This document shows, one piece after another, positions 1 through 9,600 of a stretch of 64,000 bases of DNA (the stretch's first letter is position 1; each line of letters opens with the position of its first letter). The position numbers were made by a program, and so were the translations under genes. The stretch comes from an uncultured Verrucomicrobiae bacterium (GTDB lineage: Bacteria > Verrucomicrobiota > Verrucomicrobiia > Limisphaerales > Palsa-1400): assembly GCA_963707025.1 (NCBI GenBank), contig CAVPOM010000005.1, positions 256,001 to 320,000 on the forward strand. Reading direction: 5' to 3'. The notes under the pieces were generated by a model, which did not search any database, had not been told where the DNA came from, and saw only the letters and a program-made list of their open reading frames with translations.

Positions 1-28
1 AACATCTTCAATCCGCCGGAGGCGCCGC

Positions 29-658
29 ATGAAAGACCCCGAACTGGATCAACTGCTCAAGTCCGCTCCTGTTCCAGATCGCCCGCAAGCTTACTGGGAC
101 GAGTTTTTCCGGCGGGTCGTGACCAAGGCTCATGGCCTCCAAACCCAAACGCCAGCCGGAGCCGATGGCCGTGCGCCCGATCCATTCCGACTCCGTTTCC
201 GGCTCCGATTCGCCGCCGTCGGCCTTGGACTCACCGTCCTTTTTCTCCTCGTTCTCTTTGCCCTCAACTTTCGGCAAGCCCGGCGCCAGCCCATCACCGA
301 CTCACAATTGGCCGCGGCGCGGAAGTATTTGCAAGAAATCGAAACCCTTTTCCCCAACCAGGTCCAGGCCATTGCCTTCGACCAGGAAGGTTCGCGCCTG
401 ACGCTGGCCGAACGGGCCGATGTCCCCGTCTCCTCGCCGCTCTACCTGAGAATCTGCGGGGCCAGCGGCTGCAAGGATTACCTGACCTTCAGCGGCCAGG
501 AAATTCAACTTGACGGACAAAAGGTGACCGTGCTCGCCGAGGCGCGTGGCGGAATCATTCTCGCCGGCAATCAATTCGTCTGGTCGAGCGCGGCGCGGAT
601 CGGTCCAGGCCGGGATTTGAAAGTCGAAGCCCGAAATCTTGGTTTGACAGCGATGTGA
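29..658 (+). CDS. Hypothetical single-TM protein, anti-sigma-like architecture
   Basis: 209-aa ORF with GGAGG RBS; short N-terminus (DPELDQLLKSAPVP...YWDEF), one hydrophobic segment, then a soluble domain. Confidence 0.6.
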   Translation: MKDPELDQLLKSAPVPDRPQAYWDEFFRRVVTKAHGLQTQTPAGADGRAPDPFRLRFRLRFAAVGLGLTVLFLLVLFALNFRQARRQPITDSQLAAARKYLQEIETLFPNQVQAIAFDQEGSRLTLAERADVPVSSPLYLRICGASGCKDYLTFSGQEIQLDGQKVTVLAEARGGIILAGNQFVWSSAARIGPGRDLKVEARNLGLTAM

Positions 659-725
659 TCCACATGAAGACGGCCCTTCTTATCCGAAAAGAATTTGTCT
701 TCAGGAGTTGTCATAATAATTGAAA

Positions 726-1574
726 ATGAAATTGCTCGACACATTGTTGCTGCTGGGCATCACCGGTTGGCCGGGCGCGGTTCATGCGCAACTGCAACTC
801 CTGCCGGACAAGGAACCGCCCTGCGTCTTTGCCGGTCCAGAGCGGAAAATTGCCCTGAGCTGGCGTAATGCCGGCGACCAGATTTTTGAGAAGGAAATTC
901 GCTTTCGGATTTTTCAAACCACTTCGGCCACGGCGGTTCCATTGGGTGAAATGGCGTGGAAACGACTTCAGGTGCTGCCGCGGCAAACCGTTTTGGAATC
1001 CGCACAACTGGATTTTCCCGCCGTCAAAGCGGAGACGACGTTTCTCGTCCAGTGGCTGGAAAACTCCAACAGTGTGGTCGGCCGGACGGAAGTTTTGGTC
1101 TATCCGACGAATTTGCTGGCGGAGTTGAAACTGCTCGCCGGAGAAGAACCGCCCGGCGTTTTTGACCCGCAAAACCAGCTCAAGCCCCTGCTCAAGGCCG
1201 CCGCGGTCGAATTCTCCGATTTGGAAGACGCCGGGGTGGAGGACTACCGGGGGAAGCTGGTCATCGCCGGGCCGTTCCAAAGTCAGAAGCAAATCCGGAG
1301 CAGCCTGGCGGCCCAACTGCAAGGCGTGGCCAAGAAAGGCGCGGGAGTGGTTTGGCTGCTCCCCCCACCGGAACGGGCCGATCGGCCTCCCGACAAACTC
1401 CGTCCGTCGTTTTATTCCGTGCTGGAAAAGACCAACGCCATGGTCGTCGTCCAGCCGGATTTGGTGGCCGATTTGCCGGACCATCCGCGGTCGCAGATCA
1501 ATTTGATTTATTTCTGCCGGCTGGCCCTGAATCCTCAGCCGATGGCTTTGCCTGATTTGTCTTCACACCCATAA
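726..1574 (+). CDS. Hypothetical exported protein
   Basis: Signal peptide ending AVHA; co-oriented in operon; ATG at 726. Confidence 0.7.
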   Translation: MKLLDTLLLLGITGWPGAVHAQLQLLPDKEPPCVFAGPERKIALSWRNAGDQIFEKEIRFRIFQTTSATAVPLGEMAWKRLQVLPRQTVLESAQLDFPAVKAETTFLVQWLENSNSVVGRTEVLVYPTNLLAELKLLAGEEPPGVFDPQNQLKPLLKAAAVEFSDLEDAGVEDYRGKLVIAGPFQSQKQIRSSLAAQLQGVAKKGAGVVWLLPPPERADRPPDKLRPSFYSVLEKTNAMVVVQPDLVADLPDHPRSQINLIYFCRLALNPQPMALPDLSSHP

Positions 1575-1588
1575 ACCACAAACAGATT

Positions 1589-2518
1589 ATGAAACACAAA
1601 CACACCCTTGCCCTTGCCTGCTTATTGCTCGCCGGCGGCATGGCCCGCGCCCTGGCGGCGGATGTTCTTACCGTCGCTGTTTTCGATTTTGAATCGAAGG
1701 ACGAAGCCGTGCGCGACCTTGGCCCAAAGGTCGCCGCGCTGGTCAGCGCCGACCTTTCCGCCGAGCCGCAAATCATCACCGTGGAGCGCGCCGAACTGGA
1801 AAAGGTCCTGGGCGAACAGGAACTCGGTTTGTCCGGCACGGTTTCGCCGGACACCGTCGCCAAAGTCGGCCGCCTCACCGGCGCCAAAGTGCTCGTCACC
1901 GGCCGGGTCTTCAAAGCGGACAAGGACTTGATTCTGGTCGCCAAGATCATCGGCACGGAAACCAGCCGCGTCTATGGCGAAGTGGTCAACGGCAAAACCG
2001 GCGCGGAGATCGCCGATTTGTCGGCGGAACTGGCCAAGAAAATTGCCGCCGATGTCACACAAAAGGGCGACACCCTAATCGCCAAAGTCGAGACGCGCGA
2101 CCAGCGCATCGAGCGCATTCTCAAATCGCTCAAAGAAGGCCCGCGTCCCTCCGTTTCCATCAGGCTCCCCGAAACCCATTTCGGCCTGCCCGTCATTGAT
2201 CCCGCCGCCGAAACCGAGCTTTCCTACATCCTTCAAAAATGCGGATTTACCATCATGGACGAAAAATCCGACAAGAAGCCTGACATTGAAATCACCGGCC
2301 AGGCCTTCAGCGCCTATGGCATGCGCAAGGGCAACTTGATTTCCTGCAAATCACGCATCGAGGTCAAGGTTCACGAGCGCCTCGGAGGGAAGATACTCGC
2401 CCAGGACAGCCAGACCAGCGTGGCCGTGGACATCGCCGAACAAACCGCCGCCAAGACCGCCCTGCAAAACGCCGCCGACGAACTGGCCGAGCGCCTGCTG
2501 CCCAAGCTCCTGCCATGA
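1589..2518 (+). CDS. CsgG/HfaB (TolB-N-like) family protein
   Basis: Signal peptide; TVAVFDF...VERAELEKVLGEQEL...AKVGRLTGAKVLVTG motif. Confidence 0.8.
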   Translation: MKHKHTLALACLLLAGGMARALAADVLTVAVFDFESKDEAVRDLGPKVAALVSADLSAEPQIITVERAELEKVLGEQELGLSGTVSPDTVAKVGRLTGAKVLVTGRVFKADKDLILVAKIIGTETSRVYGEVVNGKTGAEIADLSAELAKKIAADVTQKGDTLIAKVETRDQRIERILKSLKEGPRPSVSIRLPETHFGLPVIDPAAETELSYILQKCGFTIMDEKSDKKPDIEITGQAFSAYGMRKGNLISCKSRIEVKVHERLGGKILAQDSQTSVAVDIAEQTAAKTALQNAADELAERLLPKLLP

Positions 2519-5500
2519 AAAACCGCGAGCGAATCCTTGTGGGCGCCGGGGTGCTTCTGGTGGCTCTTGGCGCTGCCATCGCTCTGGCTTTGTGGCACGT
2601 TTCCGCTCCAGACCTCATCCCACCTCCAACCGAGGGTGACATGCTGGCAATGGCGATCAGCAACAGGGCAAAACATGCCAAGGATTTTCAATACCTCCCC
2701 GACCAGTCAAACAAGGTCGAGCGCATTGATCCGTCGCGTCGAATTCGCCTTGCGGTCGGCTGGTTGGGACTGCCCGACGAAGCCCGGAACCAGGAAATCG
2801 GCGACCTGATCGTGGCGGAGTTGAGCGGTGCAAAAAACCTCGAACTGGTGGACCGCCAATCGCTCAACGCCGTCTTGCGGGAAAGTGAGTTAAGCCTCTC
2901 CGGTCTGGCCCGTGCCGCGGGCGCGGTGCGGGTGGGCAAATTATTGCGCGCCGACTGGTTTCTGATGGGCAGCAGTGCGGTGGTCAATGGCACCAACTGC
3001 ATCGTCGCGCGCATTGTTGACAGTCGCACTGGAACGATGCGGGATATCACGTTGCTGCCCAGCAAGAAGGAACCGAGAACCTTGGCCGGGGACCTGGCGG
3101 AATTTGTACGCCAGTGCCGGGCCAGCGCATCCAGTGCCCGGCCGCGTGTTTATGTCTCCATCGGGGAATTCGAGGACACGAGCATGAACAGCCATCAGAG
3201 CGGTTTCGGTGACCAATTGCGCGCCCATCTTGCCTCCGCGCTGCGGGCCAATACCAACGTGACTGTGTTGGAGAGGGATGGCTTGGAAAGCTTGTTGCAG
3301 GAAATGCGCCTTGACTTGGCGGGATTGACCGATGAGCAAACCACAAATCCGGAGCTCCAGATACAATCCGCTGTGTGGACAGTTTCGGGCTACTATCAGG
3401 CCTATGAAAAGGAGGGGCAAGACGTGGAACTGCTTTTGCATTTGGACCGGGCGTTCGGCCCCATCCGGGAATCAACCCTGCGCGGCACTGGAGAGGAGTT
3501 GTTTCATATCGCCGAAAAAACCATGGAAACAGCGGTGAACAATACGGCAGCGGCGGTGTTTGTCCCATCGCGCAGCCGGGAAATAAAAGAAGCGACAAAA
3601 ATGATGCTGGAAGGGACTGCTTATCAGCGAGGGATGGTCATGGGAAACCTCATCGGCCCCAATAGGTATAATTGGTACAGTCAATACGAAGCGGGAACGC
3701 AAGCGCAGAAACGGCACCGGCGCGAGGAGGGGCTGCGGGCCGCTCAAACAGTGCTGCTCTTGGATCCCACTAATCAGGTGGCAATGTTGTATGTGGGCGT
3801 TTATTTGCAGGATCCGCTGATAGATCGGGGTGAGGAGGCGGGGAAGTATTTCCAGGAAGCGGCGGATTTCCCGGTGGATAACCGGCTCAAAGCCGTCGCC
3901 ATGGGAGATCTGGCGGAGAGCTACGCAAGGTCTGATCCCGCCGAAGCCGTACGCGTGTTACAACGGGCCAGGGAACACTTTAAAACCAACGCCGAGTTCC
4001 TCTCAATTCTGGGTACAAGTGAATTGAACCGATCAATCCCAGCCGCAGCCTCGCCTGAAGACAACAGCCCCGACCGGGTGCGGCAGCTTGCCGAGCAACG
4101 CCTTTTCGCCCAGCTTCAGGACAATCAGGACAAGTGGATCAAATGGCAATCCTGGGCCTATCCGGATGGGTTCGTGGGAGCTTACGCCCGAACGTTCGGG
4201 AAGGACGATTTGGCCGGACTGAAAGACTACGAGGCGTTGCTCCCCACCCTGAAACAGAAATTCCCCGCCACCGCCCCGTATTTTGTGGCGTCCGCGTTCG
4301 CACGACAGACCAATTCGAATAATCCGTTTACGGCGGAATTTGAACAGATGGTCGCCTGGTGTTCGGAGCACCCTGACACAGTGATGTATCCCGACAGGTT
4401 CTTCGATTACGCCTTCGGCTACTGCTACTGGTGGTGTTTAGACCACAAGCAGAATGAGTTGGCGGCGCGGTTGATCGAGGCCAGAGGCCGTGAACTTGCC
4501 ACAGTCGCCCGCATGGGAACCTCAACGTCGAACCAGGGCTTCTCGGTGGTGGCGAGGTCTAATTTGGTGGCTCAAAGCACGCTGGGGACGCCCCGCACCA
4601 ATGTGCTCCAGCCCCTCGCCGTCCCTGTCACCAACGCCGCCACCCTGCTCTTGTCCCCACCCGATCGGATCAACCTGGCGAGAAGTTATTACCGGATGGG
4701 GCGGGCCAGGGACGCCTTGGATATAGTTGACAGTATTGCGGAGCGTCCAACGCCTACCGACAACAACCTCTACCCTTGGGAGCCTATGACAATCCCTGGA
4801 TTCACCAACGAGGCCAGGGCTTTCTTCAGACATGAACTCGGCTTGCCGCCAATCGTGGATGACAAATTGTTGACTTTGGGCGATCCGTGCTTGCGTCTCC
4901 AATCCCCTTTCGCCTTCTCCACCGATTCCCAAGGAATTTGGTTGGCCGCAGGCCCCACGCTTTTCCGGCTGGATTTCAACGCCGTGACCAACGATATCAT
5001 TCCAATACCCAACCGCGATGGCGCAAATGACACCGTCATCTGTGAAGGGGCGGAGCGGCTTTGGGTCGGCACCGACGGCAATGGAATCATCGAATTCGAT
5101 CAGGCGACCCATAAACGGCTCCGCCGCTGGACCGAACAGGACGGGCTTTATTCGGACCATATTTCGCGCCTGTGCCTGGACAAGGGCACGCTCTGGATCG
5201 GGTTCAGTCATCAAGGCAGAGGCGCCTTGGGCCGTTTGGATTTGGTGAGCGGACGCGCCAGTGCGTTCGCGCCGACGATGCGACCCGACACGGATAGAGC
5301 TATTGTTTACGGGATACACCTCTCCTATCAAGCCGAACCGCCGGGTGAAGCAATTACCGGCCTGGCCATGGGGCAACCGGGTGAATTGTACGTCGCGACG
5401 ACCTGGCAGGTGCTGCGATACCGGATTAAGGAAGATAAATGGGACGACGTGGAGCACATCAAAAACAATGGATTCGCTTGCGACGGTTTGCATTTGTTTG

Positions 5501-5838
5501 TCAACCAAGCAGACCGTCTTCGTAATACACCGCCACTGCACCTCAAGCCTGGAATCAACGGCGTCGCCGTGTTGACGCTGTCCGACGGGCATTGGGACCA
5601 ATTTGGACAACCGTCCGGGCTGCCCATGCCTGACTCGACGGCCACGGCTTTCAGCGGCAAAGACGTTTGGGTGGGCGGCAAGGGCTACCTCGGTGTCTTG
5701 GACTTGGAAAAAAAGACCATGCGCAAACGCGGTTACATGCAAGCCAACGCGGTGGATCATCTGGAGGTGGCAGGCGGCTTCCTCTGGGCGCAATTCGGCG
5801 GCGACCTCTATCGCTTTCCCCTCTCCGTCGCCAACTGA
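2515..5838 (+). CDS. Large membrane-anchored protein: two CsgG-like domains, TPR-like region, C-terminal beta-propeller
   Basis: LVDRQSLNAVLRESEL and VLERDGLESLLQEMRL repeats; LWVGTDGNG/LWIGF/VWVGG propeller blades; ATGA overlap with the previous gene. Confidence 0.75.
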   Translation: MKNRERILVGAGVLLVALGAAIALALWHVSAPDLIPPPTEGDMLAMAISNRAKHAKDFQYLPDQSNKVERIDPSRRIRLAVGWLGLPDEARNQEIGDLIVAELSGAKNLELVDRQSLNAVLRESELSLSGLARAAGAVRVGKLLRADWFLMGSSAVVNGTNCIVARIVDSRTGTMRDITLLPSKKEPRTLAGDLAEFVRQCRASASSARPRVYVSIGEFEDTSMNSHQSGFGDQLRAHLASALRANTNVTVLERDGLESLLQEMRLDLAGLTDEQTTNPELQIQSAVWTVSGYYQAYEKEGQDVELLLHLDRAFGPIRESTLRGTGEELFHIAEKTMETAVNNTAAAVFVPSRSREIKEATKMMLEGTAYQRGMVMGNLIGPNRYNWYSQYEAGTQAQKRHRREEGLRAAQTVLLLDPTNQVAMLYVGVYLQDPLIDRGEEAGKYFQEAADFPVDNRLKAVAMGDLAESYARSDPAEAVRVLQRAREHFKTNAEFLSILGTSELNRSIPAAASPEDNSPDRVRQLAEQRLFAQLQDNQDKWIKWQSWAYPDGFVGAYARTFGKDDLAGLKDYEALLPTLKQKFPATAPYFVASAFARQTNSNNPFTAEFEQMVAWCSEHPDTVMYPDRFFDYAFGYCYWWCLDHKQNELAARLIEARGRELATVARMGTSTSNQGFSVVARSNLVAQSTLGTPRTNVLQPLAVPVTNAATLLLSPPDRINLARSYYRMGRARDALDIVDSIAERPTPTDNNLYPWEPMTIPGFTNEARAFFRHELGLPPIVDDKLLTLGDPCLRLQSPFAFSTDSQGIWLAAGPTLFRLDFNAVTNDIIPIPNRDGANDTVICEGAERLWVGTDGNGIIEFDQATHKRLRRWTEQDGLYSDHISRLCLDKGTLWIGFSHQGRGALGRLDLVSGRASAFAPTMRPDTDRAIVYGIHLSYQAEPPGEAITGLAMGQPGELYVATTWQVLRYRIKEDKWDDVEHIKNNGFACDGLHLFVNQADRLRNTPPLHLKPGINGVAVLTLSDGHWDQFGQPSGLPMPDSTATAFSGKDVWVGGKGYLGVLDLEKKTMRKRGYMQANAVDHLEVAGGFLWAQFGGDLYRFPLSVAN

Positions 5839-5881
5839 CCGAAAAAAGTTTCAACAATCCGTAAACCAAGAAATGCGCGCT

Positions 5882-6538
5882 ATGACAAACCGATCCTGGT
5901 GTGCTGGGCTGGTGTTGCTCGTCGCGTTCGCCACAACTGCCTTGGCCCAGTCCAACGCCACGCCGGCGCGCCTCGCCATCCTGGCCGCCGACCGCGCGCT
6001 TGGCGTTGCGGATGACATGCTGACGGCCGCTTTCTCCAAGCGCGAGGGTGTCGTCCTGCTGGAACGGGCCGAGATCGAGAAAGTCTATCGCGAACAGCAA
6101 CTTTCCGCCGCCAACCAGGACCTCATCAAATTGGGGCAAATCCTCGGCGCAGATGGTCTGGCCCTGTTGCAAATCGTCACCGAGGGAACCAACCAATTCC
6201 TGCAATCCCGTCTCATCGCCGTCAAACCCGGCGTTGTTCTCGCCGAGTTCCGGTCTCCCTGGCCGTTGGAAGACCTGGCGCAATAGTCGGGCCTTGCCGC
6301 CAATGATTTTTCCCCGCTCCTTCCCAAACTGACCGTGCTGCCCAAGGACGCCGTGCCCCTTTCCGTTCTCAACCTTCGCTCCCCCTTACGCACCGCCGCC
6401 AGCCAGGAACTGGAGCGCGAACTGACCGTCCCGCTCATCCAGCGCCTCACCCGCGAGCGCAACGTCTGGTCTGCTTGCCGCCGTGAACCAGAGACCCCCG
6501 ATGATTCCTGCCGCCCCAACATCGTCCAGCGCGAATAA
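5882..6538 (+). pseudogene. Truncated third CsgG-like gene with internal TAG
   Basis: Signal peptide plus LLERAEIEKVYREQQL; TAG at 6284-6286; same frame continues (ORF 6335..6538) and appears to lose gene-like character after about 6470. Confidence 0.7.
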
Positions 6539-6671
6539 AACCTGGAGCGGCGGGTTTTTTACGAAATGCTGTCGCATGCCCGGGGCGTCACAAACGGACG
6601 AAGCCTGTCTGCTGGCGGAGGATGTGGACTGGAACACGCGCACCATCTGTTTTTTTCCTTCTCTGTCATTT

Positions 6672-9600
6672 TTAATGTTTGACTGACGAGACGGCGAGAG
6701 TCTCCGCCGCTGAATTGTTCCAACCGCCGCCCAGGGCCTTGATCAGTTGAACGGCGGCGATGAGGCGCTCGCCCGCAAGTTGGGCATTGCCGCGCTCGGC
6801 CTGCAGCGCGTCCCGGCTGGCGTCCACGACTTCAATATAGCTGACAATGCCCGACTGATAACGGTTAGTCGCGAGGCCAACCGCGCGGCGCGCGTTCATC
6901 ACCGCGCGCTGTTGGGCGGACGACTGATCCGCCAAATGACGAATGCCGGACAGGCTGTCCTCCACCTCGTTAAAGGCCACCAGCACTTGTTGCCGGTAAT
7001 TCGCCACCGACTCCTCGAAAACGGCCTGGGACCGATGGTAGTTCGCTTTGTTGCGGCCTCCGGCAAAAATCGGCAGGGAAAGACTTGGACCGATGGACCA
7101 GGTTCGGCTGTTCCAGTTGAACAAGGTGTCCACATCGGCGCTCAAGTAGCCGCCCGAACCAGTGAGCGTAAGCACGGGAAAAAACGCAGCTTTCGCCACA
7201 CCAATGCGGGCATTGGACGAGGCAAGCTGGCGTTCCGCCTGGGCGACATCCGGTCGTCGCTCCAGCAAATCGGAAGGCAGACCGGCGGGGATTTCAGGCG
7301 GTTGCGGGTTCCAGGCGCCCGCTGTTTCAGCAGCTACGTGAAACGAGGATGGATTACTGCCGGCCAAAATGGCGATGGCATTCTCCAATTCCGCGCGTTG
7401 TTGCGCGAGCGACGCGGCTTCAGCTTCCGTGGTGGCCAGTTCGGTTTCGGCGCGTGCAATGTCGAGATCGTTGCCGATGCCGCCGTTAAAACGGCTCTGC
7501 ACCAGCCCCACCTGCTCCTTGCGCAATTCAACGGTGCCGGTCACGGTGGCCAACTCGGCGTCGAGAGCGCGGAGCCTGAAATAATTCTGCGCAACGTCAG
7601 CCTGCAGGGTCAACAAAACGCTGCCGAATGCGGCGAGCGACGCTTGGGCATCGGCGCGGGCGCTTTCAAACCCGCGGCGCACACGGCCCCACAGATCAAT
7701 CTCGTAACTGAGGTCAAGCGGGGCCTGCCAAGTGTTCGCCGTCAAAGTGCCAAAGCTGGGTGATTGGTTCGGCGAGTAGCGCTGGCGGGCAAAGCTTGGA
7801 TCAAGACTCAAGCTCGGCAGCAAATCGCCCCTGGCCACGCGCGCCGTGGCACGGGCTTGATCCACCCGCGCAACGGCCGCTTTGAGGCTTTGGTTCGCGC
7901 GCATTGCCTGCAATTCCAAATCATTCAAATTGGTGTCGCCAAAGACCTCCCACCAATTGCCCTTCGGCACACCATCCAGCGGGCGGCCTTCCTTCCATTG
8001 CCCCAGTTTTGCGGCCTTATAGTTTTCGGGGACCGAGTTGGTCGGCGGCCGATAATCCGGGCCGATGGTCAGGCTTCCGGCTTGGGCGGAAGCGGGGGAA
8101 AACAACGCCGCGAGCAGAAGAATTCCCGCCACCGCACTTGGCGCGCCCAATGCGGGGCCGTTGGGTTCGTGACTGGCAATGACGGAAGGCTTCCGGGAAA
8201 CGCGCCTCATGAGGGTGAGATAGAAGACCGGTGTCAGAAACAGGCCGAACAACGTCACGCCGATCATCCCGGCAAAGACGGCCACGCCCATCGCCTGCCG
8301 CATCTCCGCGCCCGCGCCATGGGCCACCACTAGAGGGAAAACGCCCGCGATGAAGGCGATGGAGGTCATCAGAATGGGACGGAGACGAAGGCGGCTGGCC
8401 TCGACCGCCGCCTGGAACGCAGGAACACCTTCCTCATCCTGTTTGTGCCGGGCAAATTCGACAATGAGAATCGCGTTCTTGCAGGCCAGGCCGACCAGCA
8501 CGATCAGGCCGATTTGCGTGAAAATATTATTGTCACCGCCCTTGAGCCAGACGCCGCTGATGGCGAAGAGCAGGCACATCGGCACAATCAGGATGATGGC
8601 CAGTGGCAGACGCAAACTCTCGTATTGCGCCGCCAGGACCAGGAACACGAGCAGGATGCAGAGCGGATAAACATAAATGGCCGAATTGCCTGCCAGGATG
8701 CGCTGATAGGTCAAGTCCGTCCATTCGAAGGTCATCCCCTTGGCCAGACCGTCTCCCGCCAGCTTGGCGATCAACGCCTCCGCTTGGCCGGAACTGTAAC
8801 CGGCGGCGGGACCGCCATTGATTTCGGCGGCGGGATAGCCATTGTAACGCAGAGCGCGGTTGGGTCCGTGCGTTTCCGTCACCTTCACCAAGGCCCCCAA
8901 TGGCACCATCTGGCCTTTGTCGTTGCGCGTTTTCAGCCGCGTGATGTCCTCAGGGCGGTCGCGAAACTGCCCGTCGGCCTGGGCCACGACCTGATAAGTG
9001 CGCCCGAAACGATTGAAGTCATTAACATAAAGGGAACCGAGATAAATCTGCATGGTCTCGAACAAATTCTGGAGCTGCACGCCTTCCTGCTTGGCTTTGA
9101 TGCGGTCAATGTCCGCGTCCAGTTGGGGGACGTTGACGGTGAAGGTGGAAAACACGCTGGCCAGGCCGGGAGTCTGATAGCTTTTGCCAATAACGCCTTG
9201 AAGGCTCTGGTAGAGAGCGTCGTAGCCCAGGTCGGCGCGGTCTTCCACGTAGAGCTTGAATCCGCCGATGGTGCCCAAGCCATTCACGGGCGGCGGCGGC
9301 ACGGTCAGGACGAAAGCATCTTGAATGCCGGCGAACTGCTGATTTAATGTGGCAGCGATAGCCGGGCCACTGAGCTGGGACGACGTGCGTTCCTCAAACG
9401 GCTTCAAACAAAAAAAGACGATGCCTTCATTGGGTGACACGCTAAACCCGCTTATGCTCAACCCTGGGAAGGCGACGGCGCTTTCCACTCCGGGCTGCTT
9501 GAGCCCGATATCCGACATGCGGCGGATGACGGCTTCGGTGCGGTCGAGCGAAGCGGCGTCGGGCAATTGGGCGAAGGCCACCAGATATTGTTTGTCCTGC

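Noticed and set aside
6284..6286. Amber recoding (pyrrolysine or alternative genetic code)
   Set aside because: Other genes end normally in TAG, no pyl genes are present, and the gene is truncated anyway
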